A program made the translations under genes and the position numbers. A stretch of 64,000 nucleotides of DNA. Origin: Candidatus Pacebacteria bacterium RIFOXYA1_FULL_38_18. GTDB lineage: Bacteria > Patescibacteriota > Microgenomatia > UBA1400 > PJMF01. The stretch covers positions 118,860-182,859 of the forward strand of contig MFWV01000011.1 in NCBI GenBank assembly GCA_001787405.1, read 5' to 3'. Below the pieces are notes generated by a model. That model worked only from the letters and a program-made list of their open reading frames with translations, did not search any database and had not been told where the DNA came from. Position 1 is the first letter of the stretch. Each line of letters opens with the position of its first letter. This document shows positions 20,861 through 30,222 of the stretch, piece after piece.

Positions 20861-23059
20861 ATGACCTCTAAAGCCTCAGCCACTCTTCCCAAGAAAAAAA
20901 TGCAGTTTATTGATAGAAAATTGGCTAAAGGCTTGGGAGAAGCAGTGGCAAAGAGAACTATTTTGCGCACCAGTGATGATGGCAAAATAGAAACTTGGGC
21001 CGAGGTGGCAGAACGAGTGGCAAGCGGCAATTCTTCACTACTGACAACTTTTGGTAAAGGCAAAAAATTGGGTAAAGCCCATCAGCAGGAAGAATACGAG
21101 TTATTGCGCAAACACATTGCCAATGCCTCATTGTTAATGAGCGGACGACATTTACAACACGGTGATGAAACTCAGCCTGGCAGAAACATAGAAGTTTTCA
21201 CTAACTGTAGCACTGCTTCCAGTTCTTTTTTATTATTTTACTTGCTGCTCAATGGTTCGGGAGTGGGTCGTGCCTATGATGATGACTTGATGGTCGTTGA
21301 TTGGAACAACATGCCCATTGTGCGCTGTGTACTAGACGAGAATCACCCAGATTTTATTTGGGGAGAAGATGAAAGCATCAGAGATGCCAAACACAAATAT
21401 GAAAAGGTTTTTTGGTATGAAGTGCCAGATACTCGCGAAGGCTGGGCTCAGGCCATAGAAAAAATGGAGACCATGGCCTATGAGAAAAAATATAAAGATG
21501 ATTTATTGATTATTGATTTTTCCAAAGTTAGACCAAAAGGTTCAAAGATTAGAGGCATGCAAAATAGGCCAGCTTCTGGACCCAGACCACTCATGCAAGC
21601 TATTCAAAAAGTAGCCACGGTAAAAAATGCCGGCATTCCGCTTTGGAAACAAACTATTTATGTTGATCATTACTTGTCAGAATGTGTTTTGGTGGGTGGG
21701 GCACGTCGTGCAGCACGAATTGCTACCAAAACCTGGACTGATCCAGAGGTTTTGGATTTTATTTCTATCAAACGTGGTGGTTTCTTATGGTCGGCCAATA
21801 ACAGCGTGGCAGTAGATGATAAGTTCTGGAAACAAAAAACTCGTCACTCCAAAAAAGTTCTGGAGGCAATCATGCAGGCTTCTTACTTTGATAAAACTGG
21901 TGAGCCTGGCTTTATCAATCAGCACAAATATGTACAAAATGACAAGGGTTTCAATGGCTATACCGATGGTAAATATGCCGATAGTAAAAAATACCAACCC
22001 GCGCCCAAAACTAAAAAAATGCTGGCCAACATTGCCAAAAGAGTCAACGCCAAATATTACACTCAAATTCCCAATCCTTGCGGAGAAATTACTCTCAATA
22101 TGTTGGGTGGTTATTGTGTGATTGCAGATGTGGTGCCTTATCATGCTCCTGATGTTGATGCGGCTGAAGAGGCTTTTCGGGCAGCCACTCGGGCTCTTAT
22201 TCGTGTGAATACTATGGATGCTCTTTATGCTCGTGAAATAAAACGCACCAATCGAATTGGAGTGGGGATGACCGGCATTCATGAATATGCTTGGAATGCT
22301 TTTGGTTTGAGTTTTAGAGATGTGATTGATGAGAAAAAAGCCAAAGATTTTTGGCTGACTCTTTCACGCTTCAAAAGAGCGGTGGCAGAGGAGGCGGAAA
22401 GTTACTCCAAAAAATTGGGTTTAAATCCTCCGCATACCAACACCACTATCAAGCCGGCCGGCACGACTTCCAAATTATTTGCTCTTTCGGAGGGAGCTCA
22501 TTTGCCGGCGATGCGTGAATATATGCGTTGGGTGCAGTTTAGCAATGATGATCCTTTGGTCAAAAAATATAAAAAAATGGGTTATCCGGTAAGAGAATTA
22601 AAAAGTTATAAAGGCACGACCGTGATCGGTTTTCCCACTCAACCAGAAATTTGTCGTTTGGGTATGAATGGCAAATTATTGACGGCTTCTGAAGCAACTC
22701 CGGAGGAACAATATAAATGGTTGATGTTGCTGGAAAAATATTGGATTCGTGGAGTAGATGAGGCTGGTCAACCACTGGAACCAGATACTGGCAATCAAGT
22801 TTCTTATACTCTCAAATATGATCCGGAAAAAACCAGTTTTAAAGAATTCAAAAAAATGCTCAAGAAATATCAACCACAGATCAGAACTTGTAGTGTGATG
22901 CCCAAAATTGATTCTACGGCCTATGAATATCAGCCGGAAGAAGCGCTCAATGCCAGTGAGTTTATGAAAGTAATTCGCGAAATCAATGACGAAGAGGGAG
23001 TGCTGGAAGATATTGATTTAGAGCAATTAAAATGTGATACTGGTGCTTGCCCGATTTAA
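20861..23059 (+). CDS. nrdJ: class II (adenosylcobalamin-dependent) ribonucleotide reductase
   Basis: Active-site motif IPNPCGEI and a C-terminal redox cysteine pair CDTGACPI. Start set at the Met after the nrdR stop (20861). Confidence 0.85.
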   Translation: MTSKASATLPKKKMQFIDRKLAKGLGEAVAKRTILRTSDDGKIETWAEVAERVASGNSSLLTTFGKGKKLGKAHQQEEYELLRKHIANASLLMSGRHLQHGDETQPGRNIEVFTNCSTASSSFLLFYLLLNGSGVGRAYDDDLMVVDWNNMPIVRCVLDENHPDFIWGEDESIRDAKHKYEKVFWYEVPDTREGWAQAIEKMETMAYEKKYKDDLLIIDFSKVRPKGSKIRGMQNRPASGPRPLMQAIQKVATVKNAGIPLWKQTIYVDHYLSECVLVGGARRAARIATKTWTDPEVLDFISIKRGGFLWSANNSVAVDDKFWKQKTRHSKKVLEAIMQASYFDKTGEPGFINQHKYVQNDKGFNGYTDGKYADSKKYQPAPKTKKMLANIAKRVNAKYYTQIPNPCGEITLNMLGGYCVIADVVPYHAPDVDAAEEAFRAATRALIRVNTMDALYAREIKRTNRIGVGMTGIHEYAWNAFGLSFRDVIDEKKAKDFWLTLSRFKRAVAEEAESYSKKLGLNPPHTNTTIKPAGTTSKLFALSEGAHLPAMREYMRWVQFSNDDPLVKKYKKMGYPVRELKSYKGTTVIGFPTQPEICRLGMNGKLLTASEATPEEQYKWLMLLEKYWIRGVDEAGQPLEPDTGNQVSYTLKYDPEKTSFKEFKKMLKKYQPQIRTCSVMPKIDSTAYEYQPEEALNASEFMKVIREINDEEGVLEDIDLEQLKCDTGACPI

Positions 23060-23328
23060 AAAAAGAAAAAATGCCTATAGACGAGCAAGAGAGAAAAAGA
23101 AGAGAGGAAGAATACAAGAAGTTTGGCAGATTGCCGGTTGCGGCATATGATCTTTATATAAATGGTATTCAGAAGATTGCAGAAAAAAGAGGAATTTCCA
23201 TTGAACAAGCTGCTGCAGAATCAATTTCTGAAGCGGAAGAAAGACACGCTCACGAACATATAGATTTTATTAAAGCGGCTTTGAAATTTTTACAACAACA
23301 GCGCGATGGTGACAAGAAAAAGAAATAA
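23047..23328 (+). CDS. small charged hypothetical protein
   Basis: ORF overlapping the nrdJ end. Lys/Glu-rich, no recognisable domain. Met at 23071 is an alternative start. Confidence 0.3.
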   Translation: MPDLKKEKMPIDEQERKRREEEYKKFGRLPVAAYDLYINGIQKIAEKRGISIEQAAAESISEAEERHAHEHIDFIKAALKFLQQQRDGDKKKK

Positions 23329-23430
23329 TTTTTTTCAAGATTGATTAGTTTTTCAGCTCATTAGTTTTTATTTTTTCCAAACAGTAAATATTTTTTGTTT
23401 TTTTAAATTATTTAAATTTGAGCGTCAATT

Positions 23431-26067
23431 TTGAAAACTGGGTTCTTGCACAGTGCCAATTGGCTGACTATAATTCCCACCAACATGGTGGGAAAAAAAT
23501 TGGCAAAATCACGCAGAAAAAAAACAAAAATCTCTCGTCATTCTGTAGTTCCCAAAAAACCTTCTCTTTTCCAAAAAATTAAAATAAATCTTCGAAAAAT
23601 ATTTTTTTCACCAAAAGGTCGTGGTCGACCGCGCAAATCGTGGTGGTATCACGCACGCAAAAATTATTTAGCTCGTTACAAAAAAAATGAACGAGAGATT
23701 TATCGTTGGTTAGACAGTCAGCAACAAAAAATTGATGGTTTTTTTAAAATGATTGGTTTGCGAAGGGGGAAGGGGCGGCCGCGCAAAAAAATCTCGATAG
23801 TGGCGCGCTGGCGAGGTTTACTAGAGGAAAAAAAGCGTAAATGGCGTCGTTGGCTTGATTTTCACACTGGTATTTGGAGTTCCAGATACCATCGTTTACT
23901 TCAATGGCTGGGTTTACGCCGCCGCCGCGGCCGCCCTCACAAACAGCAAAAACCTACGGTTTGGCTATTACCCATTAGTGACCAATCAGAACTAGCCATT
24001 ACCCCCGTTCATTTGCAGTGGCGAGAAATTTTTGCTTTTTTATCTACTTTAATAATTTTACTTTCTACTTGGTGGGGATATAGCTATGTTTTTGTTGACT
24101 TACCATCTGTTTCAGATCTTACTCAAAAAAATCCTTTATTAACCACCAAGATTTTGGATAGAAATGGCAGAGTTTTATTTCGCATTTACGATGATGAGAA
24201 TAGAACCTTAGTGCCACTTTCAGAAATTTCCCAGCCGATGATTCAAGCAACTTTAGCAATCGAAGATAAAGATTTTTACAAACATCATGGTTTTTCTTTG
24301 GAGGGAATTATTCGTGCCACCATTGCCAATTTCAAGGGAGAGCAAATCGAACAAGGTGGCTCAACCATTACTCAGCAATTAGTCAAAAATCGCTTGCTCA
24401 ATTCAGAAAGAACGATCCAGCGCAAATTGCGAGAGTTGATATTATCAGTAGTCACCGAAGGTGTTTATACCAAAGATGAAATCTTGGAAATGTACCTCAA
24501 TCAGGTGGCTTATGGCGGGTCAACTTATGGAGTAGAGGAAGCAGCTTGGCGATATTTTCATAAATCAGCCAAAGACTTAAATTTGGCTGAAGCAGCTTTG
24601 CTGGCTGGATTGCCACAAGCGCCCTCGGTTTATTCGCCTTTTGGTTCCAATCCAGAATTGGCCTTTTCTCGTCAAGAAGAAGTTCTGCGTCGCATGTTTG
24701 AAGATGGCTATATTACTCAGGAACAATGGCAAGAAGCACGCGACACGATTATTGTTTTTGCAGAAGACAGAATCGATATTCAAGCCCCGCATTTCGTGAT
24801 GTATGTCAAAAGATTGTTGGCTGAAAAATTTGGTGAACTAGCGGTAAGCACTGGTGGCTTGGAAGTTAGAACTACTTTGGACTTGGGCTTACAAAAGGAA
24901 ACGGAACTGATTTTGCAACAAGAACTTGATCGCTTACAGTCTTTGAGAGTAGGTAATGGCTCTGTATTGGTTACCAATCCCAAAACAGGTGAAATTTTGG
25001 CTATGATCGGCTCCAAAGATTATTTTGATTTTGCTCACGATGGTCAAGTAAATGTAGCACTAAGACCTCGTCAACCAGGATCTTCAATCAAGCCTCTAAC
25101 TTATGCTTTGGCTTTGGAAAATGGCAAAACACCGGCCAGCATTATTGATGATTCACCAGTAATTTATCAGTCAGTGGGTAGCCCACCTTACGCTCCCCAA
25201 AACTATGATGGCAAGTTTCACGGCAAAGTTACCCTGCGTGAAGCGCTAGCCTCTTCTTACAACGTGCCAGCAGTCAAAACTCTAGCTGAGCTGGGAGTGA
25301 GCACTATGCTTGATCGGGCTGAACTAGCGGGGATAACCACCTGGCAAGATCGAGGTCGTTTTGGTCTATCACTAACTTTGGGCGGTGGAGAAGTAACCAT
25401 GGTGGAGTTGGCTCAGCTCTATGGAGTTTTTGCCAATTACGGAGATTTAGTGAGCCTCAATCCTTTTTTGGAAATAAAAAATCATAAAGGAGAAGTGTTA
25501 TACAGCAACCAATGTGTTACGGGAGAAGTTGCCTGTGCTCAAAATCGAGTTTTTGATTCATATACCTCTTATTTAATTACCGATATTTTATCTGACAACA
25601 AGGCTCGCACTCCGGCTTTTGGCGCGCAGTCAGTACTCAATATTCCCGGTCAAGAAGTAGCGGTTAAAACAGGCACCACCAATAGTTTGCGTGACAATTG
25701 GACCATCGGTTATACCACTGATCGTTTGGTGGCAGTTTGGGTGGGAAATAATGACAATACTCCTATGAACTCAATTGCTTCTGGTATTACTGGCGCTTCA
25801 CCAATTTGGAATAAGACTATGCGGTTGCTTCTTAGTCCAGAGATTTCTCACATATTTGCGACGCCTGACAATTTAATTCAAGTGGCTATTTGTAAAACGA
25901 CTGGCACTTTGCCTTGTAATGATTGTCCTTTGGTAGTCACGGAAACATTTTTAGAAGGCACGCAGCCCACTCATGCTTGTAATGCTTCATATTTTGAATC
26001 AAAAACAGATTCTCAGACCAGATCTTCAACCGGTCAAATTTTAGGGGAAAGTCAGCTTTTGGAATGA
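23431..26067 (+). CDS. class A penicillin-binding protein with a ~200-aa N-terminal cytoplasmic tail carrying three AT-hook (RGRP) motifs
   Basis: KGRGRPRKS, GKGRPRKK and RRGRPHKQ upstream of the TM helix. Then GT51 motifs IEDKDFYKHHGF and GGSTITQQLVKN, and transpeptidase SSIKP, SYN and KTGTT. Confidence 0.85.
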   Translation: MKTGFLHSANWLTIIPTNMVGKKLAKSRRKKTKISRHSVVPKKPSLFQKIKINLRKIFFSPKGRGRPRKSWWYHARKNYLARYKKNEREIYRWLDSQQQKIDGFFKMIGLRRGKGRPRKKISIVARWRGLLEEKKRKWRRWLDFHTGIWSSRYHRLLQWLGLRRRRGRPHKQQKPTVWLLPISDQSELAITPVHLQWREIFAFLSTLIILLSTWWGYSYVFVDLPSVSDLTQKNPLLTTKILDRNGRVLFRIYDDENRTLVPLSEISQPMIQATLAIEDKDFYKHHGFSLEGIIRATIANFKGEQIEQGGSTITQQLVKNRLLNSERTIQRKLRELILSVVTEGVYTKDEILEMYLNQVAYGGSTYGVEEAAWRYFHKSAKDLNLAEAALLAGLPQAPSVYSPFGSNPELAFSRQEEVLRRMFEDGYITQEQWQEARDTIIVFAEDRIDIQAPHFVMYVKRLLAEKFGELAVSTGGLEVRTTLDLGLQKETELILQQELDRLQSLRVGNGSVLVTNPKTGEILAMIGSKDYFDFAHDGQVNVALRPRQPGSSIKPLTYALALENGKTPASIIDDSPVIYQSVGSPPYAPQNYDGKFHGKVTLREALASSYNVPAVKTLAELGVSTMLDRAELAGITTWQDRGRFGLSLTLGGGEVTMVELAQLYGVFANYGDLVSLNPFLEIKNHKGEVLYSNQCVTGEVACAQNRVFDSYTSYLITDILSDNKARTPAFGAQSVLNIPGQEVAVKTGTTNSLRDNWTIGYTTDRLVAVWVGNNDNTPMNSIASGITGASPIWNKTMRLLLSPEISHIFATPDNLIQVAICKTTGTLPCNDCPLVVTETFLEGTQPTHACNASYFESKTDSQTRSSTGQILGESQLLE

Positions 26068-26117
26068 AGTTTGAAATAAATTAATTTAGTCAAATTTAAT
26101 TAAAATTTAATTGAAAT

Positions 26118-26315
26118 TTAGCTGAATAAAAAAATTACATAAGAAATAAGCATAGTAATCAATAGCAATAGAGGAGCAACCAAACGTTCTTTGAGAGTGG
26201 AGTTGTGATCATCTTTTTTCTCTGCGCGTTTGCGTTTTTTCTGTTTAGCTTCTTTTTCAGTAATTTTTGTTTCTTCTTGAATGTCGGTCAAGTTCCGATT
26301 TTTTTTCATTTTCAT
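26118..26315 (-). CDS. small C-terminally anchored membrane protein, hypothetical
   Basis: 65-aa ORF with a Lys/Glu-rich N-terminus and a hydrophobic C-terminus. Confidence 0.3.
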   Translation of the reverse strand: MKMKKNRNLTDIQEETKITEKEAKQKKRKRAEKKDDHNSTLKERLVAPLLLLITMLISYVIFLFS

Positions 26316-26323
26316 AAATTTGG

Positions 26324-27070
26324 TTATTTTTGATTGTGTGTTTTCATTTTTTTAGTTTTATCCACGATTTTTCCCACTACTTTTTCAATGGCGAGTTGAG
26401 TAGTATCCAGTTTCCAAGCTTCAGGCACTATTTTCAAAGGATCTGTTTTGCGATTCATGTCTCTAGTGTCTCTTTCTTTAATTTCTTGCAGAATTTCTTG
26501 AAGACTGGCATCAAGTCCTTTTAATTGCAGTTGCAATAAACGTCGTTTGGCTCTTTCTCGAACGTCCGCGGTTAGAAAGATTTTCAAATCTGCTTTTGGT
26601 AAAACACGATAGGTGATATCTCTACCTTCCATGACTACATTTTGACCATGAGCAATTTTTTGTTGTTTTTCAACTAATATTTTTCTCACTTTTGGCAAAA
26701 CCGAGACTTTTGAAGCGCCTTGGCTGATTTCTTCGGTTCGGATTTTCCAAGAAATATCTTCGCCATTTAATAAAACAGTAATCAATCGACCATCTTGTTC
26801 GCTGACGATAGACTTACTCTTTTGGGAGGGCTTGACGGGATCAGCAAGGGGAGTGCGCATCTCTATTTTGGAAGATTTAATCAAATCCACGATTTTTTGT
26901 TCTTCGGTGTAAGCTACTTGATTTTGTTGAGCAAGATAAGCAGCTACGCGATACATAGCGCCAGTATCGACATAAAGAAAACCGAGTCGTTGAGCAACTA
27001 GTTTGGAAACGGTGCCCTTACCAGCAGCGACTGGTCCGTCAATGGCGATGTGAAAAAATTTTTTAGCCAC
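26324..27070 (-). CDS. cmk: cytidylate kinase
   Basis: IAIDGPVAAGKGT P-loop and a Cmk-like sequence throughout. Confidence 0.9.
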   Translation of the reverse strand: MAKKFFHIAIDGPVAAGKGTVSKLVAQRLGFLYVDTGAMYRVAAYLAQQNQVAYTEEQKIVDLIKSSKIEMRTPLADPVKPSQKSKSIVSEQDGRLITVLLNGEDISWKIRTEEISQGASKVSVLPKVRKILVEKQQKIAHGQNVVMEGRDITYRVLPKADLKIFLTADVRERAKRRLLQLQLKGLDASLQEILQEIKERDTRDMNRKTDPLKIVPEAWKLDTTQLAIEKVVGKIVDKTKKMKTHNQK

Positions 27071-27147
27071 GATGTGTTGATTACTACAAATAAATTATTA
27101 TAAACAAAGGGGGGTTTTATCCCCCCTGATAATTTAAGTTAATTCAT

Positions 27148-27426
27148 TTATTTTCTTTTTCTACTACTTTTTTTAGCTTTCTTTTTAGCTGAACGACGAG
27201 GGCTTGCTTTTTTCTGGCTAGATTTTTTTTCTACGAGCCATTCATCTCGATCAGAAGTTAGCAAACCTCCCAAACCAGCTACGATTAAGATAATCGGCCA
27301 AAGGTTCCAAAAATGTGCTGGTAAATAACCCATATTGGAAGCCATGAAAATCAGACCCATTAATACCAAGGTCAACGGCCAAAATATTTTTTTAGGCATA
27401 TTATTTACTCTCTTTCTTCTTCCCAT
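27148..27426 (-). CDS. small membrane protein with a basic C-terminal tail, hypothetical
   Basis: Two predicted TM helices, then KKASPRRSAKKKAKKSSRKRK. Confidence 0.35.
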   Translation of the reverse strand: MGRRKRVNNMPKKIFWPLTLVLMGLIFMASNMGYLPAHFWNLWPIILIVAGLGGLLTSDRDEWLVEKKSSQKKASPRRSAKKKAKKSSRKRK

Positions 27427-27559
27427 CTAATGCAATCTAGTGCTGCGGGAAGGGGCAGGCAAACTATCTAAATGGTAAATTAAATTATTAAATGATACAA
27501 GAGGACTTATTGAATAAAACTTGGTTGTAAGAAAATTCCAAGTTTCCAAAGTTTTAAAT

Positions 27560-28084
27560 TTAAATCTTTAAAAGAGCCTGTTTATTTTCTCTTTGCATTT
27601 CTCGCTTTAAGTCACGTTTCTTGAGTTTTTCACGCTTTTCAAATTCTTGTTTGCCTCGTCCCAGACCGATTTTGAGTTTTATTTTGTTTTTTATCAGTTC
27701 AAATGAGAGTGGCACTAAAGTCCAACCCTTTTTATCGGCAGCAGTTTTTAAGTCAAAGATTTCTTTTTTACGCAGTAATAATTTACGTGTTCGTTTAGGA
27801 TCATAATCAGTATTGTCGGCAAATTTATAAGGAGTAATTTGTGCTCCAATCAAAAACAATTCATTACCGATTGCCTTAACATAACTACCACTCAAACTAC
27901 CGCTTTTATTACGCAAGCTTTTTACTTCGGCGCCCAACAAAATCACCCCCGCTTGAGTAGTTTGGGAAATTTCATATTCGTGTCTGGCTTTTTTATTCGC
28001 AATTAATAACATACCTCTGGCAATATTATACCTTTGCTCTGAACTGCGTTCTAGCTTTGCTTTATTATGCAAGGCATTTGGCAC
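27560..28084 (-). CDS. smpB: SsrA-binding protein SmpB
   Basis: NKKARHEYEI...GAEVKSLR...KRTRKLLL motifs. The start may instead be the internal Met at 28012. Confidence 0.85.
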   Translation of the reverse strand: MPNALHNKAKLERSSEQRYNIARGMLLIANKKARHEYEISQTTQAGVILLGAEVKSLRNKSGSLSGSYVKAIGNELFLIGAQITPYKFADNTDYDPKRTRKLLLRKKEIFDLKTAADKKGWTLVPLSFELIKNKIKLKIGLGRGKQEFEKREKLKKRDLKREMQRENKQALLKI

Positions 28085-28144
28085 TATTGATTGGTCAAAT
28101 ATTAGTTAAAGTGTTCAGTAAAACACTTGGTTCAACTTTAGCTT

Positions 28145-28176
28145 AATTTGGCAAAAGTGAAATTTGGCAAAAGTGA
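28145..28176. repeat. perfect 16-bp tandem duplication (aatttggcaaaagtga x2) in the smpB upstream region
   Basis: Read directly from the sequence: two identical adjacent units. Confidence 0.7.
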
Positions 28177-28186
28177 AATGAAACTA

Positions 28187-30052
28187 TCAAAAAGAAATTT
28201 TATAAACTAATGAACCGCTCACGGCAAAGACAGCATTTTCGCTCAAAGAGGCGGCGATGGTGTCGACTGTGGCCAGCGATTCGCTGATGATTTCTTTGAA
28301 AAAACTCCCGTCTTTACTCAAAACAACCAAGCGCTGACGAGCACGCTCCAATACAAATAAATATTCTGAATCGGGGTGGGTAGCAATTTTTAGTTCAGAA
28401 TCAAAAGCAATCGAGAGATCATTGACGGTAAAGTTTTGAGGACGACCTTGAGTATATTTTAGCAATTCTCCAGATTTGGTCGTCAGCCATACATCACCAT
28501 CAATAGCCAAATCAGTAATAGAATTAAATTCCAAGTTTTGTTTATCTACTAGCCAGCCAATCGGTTCGCTCAAACCCTCCGTATTTTTTAAATAACGATA
28601 AATATTTCTTTCTTCTGGATTGATAATATAAAGATAAGTAGCGAAAAGTCCCAATAAATTACCAGCTCGATCAGAATCTCCCTGTTCTTTGAGTCTAGTT
28701 TCTTGGCGAGTTTCTCCAGATAAATCATAAGCATAAATACCATCTGCCAAGACATAGATAGTTTCACCACTGACTGCCAGCGCTCTAGCAGTGCCAATGT
28801 TTTCCAAAGGAATTTGGGTTGTTTGCTTGGTGTCTAAATCTAGAGTGACGATTTTTTGTCCAGCTGCATCCAGAGTAAATAAAGTATCTTCATTTAAAGC
28901 GATTTGTTGAGCCACAAAATCGGCTTCAGTGAGACGTAAATCAAAAAATGGATCTAAAGGTCCGGCAAGTTGAGTGCTGGTAATGGATTGTACGAAATCT
29001 TGAGCCTCTTGGTAGTTTTGTTTTAATCTTTTGAGGGCTTGTGGTTTATCTTGATTGCCGGCGATTAAATCTTCTAGTCCTTTAATCACTTCTTTAGCAT
29101 CATTTCTAGCCATAATGGGATCATTTTCGGCAATACTTTGAGCTGACTCTAGTTGTTGTTCCAATTCGCCCAGTTTGGGTTGAAGAGCTTGAATTTCTTG
29201 ATTAATTTGATGTTTTTTCCAAAGGATTAAGCTAAGCAGTAAAACAATTATTAGTCCTGCTCCTAGCCAAAAATTGTAATTAGTTCGTTTGGACAATTGG
29301 TTGAGAGAACCCATTCTGGGTTTGCTGCCACTAGTAATGATGTTTTTGATTTTTCTCCAAGATTTTTTGACCAAAAATAAAGGGTTTTTTGGCCAGCGCA
29401 AGAGTTTAATTTTTTGAATTGTTTGAGAAAAAAGTTTTGGATTAAGTTGCTTGAGCAATTTTTTGGGTTGATCAGTTAAATTAATTGTTTCTTTTGGTTC
29501 GACAAGGCCATCTTCTATCCAGGCTAGGGCAGAGAGAGATGAGTTCTCTTGATTTTGCAACTCTGCCACCAATTGAGTGACCAAGCTTTCTGTATCGCGT
29601 TGTAAAAGAATTTTCAGTTCGGGAAAGATTATGGTTGATTGTTCGGTGGCCAGCACAAACAAGTCTTTTGACACTTTTGATCCCTCAATGATTTTGAGAT
29701 TTCCTTGAGAGGACAAAATTTCTCCCACTCGACCTTGGCGACGCAAAAACACTGAGCCACTGTGAGTGGCGATGATGTTTTTATCTTCGCTTTGCAAAAT
29801 ACAAGCCAGTTGCAGACGGCAGTCTTCTCTGCGAGCACTTTGTAATAAATCCAAGAGATCATTGTGCAGTTGAGCGCTGTTGATAACTTTGAAATGAGAA
29901 ATTTGTTCGGCTAGCGTTTTTCCGACAGAATTGGCATTTTTGCCAATTACTGACAGCACGCAAGTAAGAGCTCGAGAGGGGTGGGTAATTACTTGGGCCC
30001 AACCGTTGACCTGAGGCAGGCCGGTAATGGGTGTCACCTGTAGGCTTGACAC
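28187..30052 (-). CDS. large membrane protein: N-terminal cytoplasmic domain, one TM helix, coiled coil and C-terminal beta-propeller-like repeat domain; hypothetical
   Basis: 621-aa ORF. TM helix NFWLGAGLIIVLLLSLILW at mid-protein. Repeated beta-strand-rich C-terminus. Confidence 0.55.
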   Translation of the reverse strand: MSSLQVTPITGLPQVNGWAQVITHPSRALTCVLSVIGKNANSVGKTLAEQISHFKVINSAQLHNDLLDLLQSARREDCRLQLACILQSEDKNIIATHSGSVFLRRQGRVGEILSSQGNLKIIEGSKVSKDLFVLATEQSTIIFPELKILLQRDTESLVTQLVAELQNQENSSLSALAWIEDGLVEPKETINLTDQPKKLLKQLNPKLFSQTIQKIKLLRWPKNPLFLVKKSWRKIKNIITSGSKPRMGSLNQLSKRTNYNFWLGAGLIIVLLLSLILWKKHQINQEIQALQPKLGELEQQLESAQSIAENDPIMARNDAKEVIKGLEDLIAGNQDKPQALKRLKQNYQEAQDFVQSITSTQLAGPLDPFFDLRLTEADFVAQQIALNEDTLFTLDAAGQKIVTLDLDTKQTTQIPLENIGTARALAVSGETIYVLADGIYAYDLSGETRQETRLKEQGDSDRAGNLLGLFATYLYIINPEERNIYRYLKNTEGLSEPIGWLVDKQNLEFNSITDLAIDGDVWLTTKSGELLKYTQGRPQNFTVNDLSIAFDSELKIATHPDSEYLFVLERARQRLVVLSKDGSFFKEIISESLATVDTIAASLSENAVFAVSGSLVYKISF

Positions 30053-30222
30053 ATTTTGATTATATAGTATTGCTCCAGTTTTTGTTGATGATTTTTGATC
30101 ATTATTGACGATCTTATCCTTGTTAATGGGTTTGTTATCGACTTAAGTTATTGTCGACTGTCTCGAGTAGTTTTATTGATCAATTTATTGATAGTGGTTT
30201 TGAACAATCCTAATTAGCAGGT

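Noticed and set aside
26068-26117. aaatttaatt-type repeats between convergent genes
   Set aside because: Low-complexity AT-rich spacer between convergent stops. Likely just terminator/spacer DNA.
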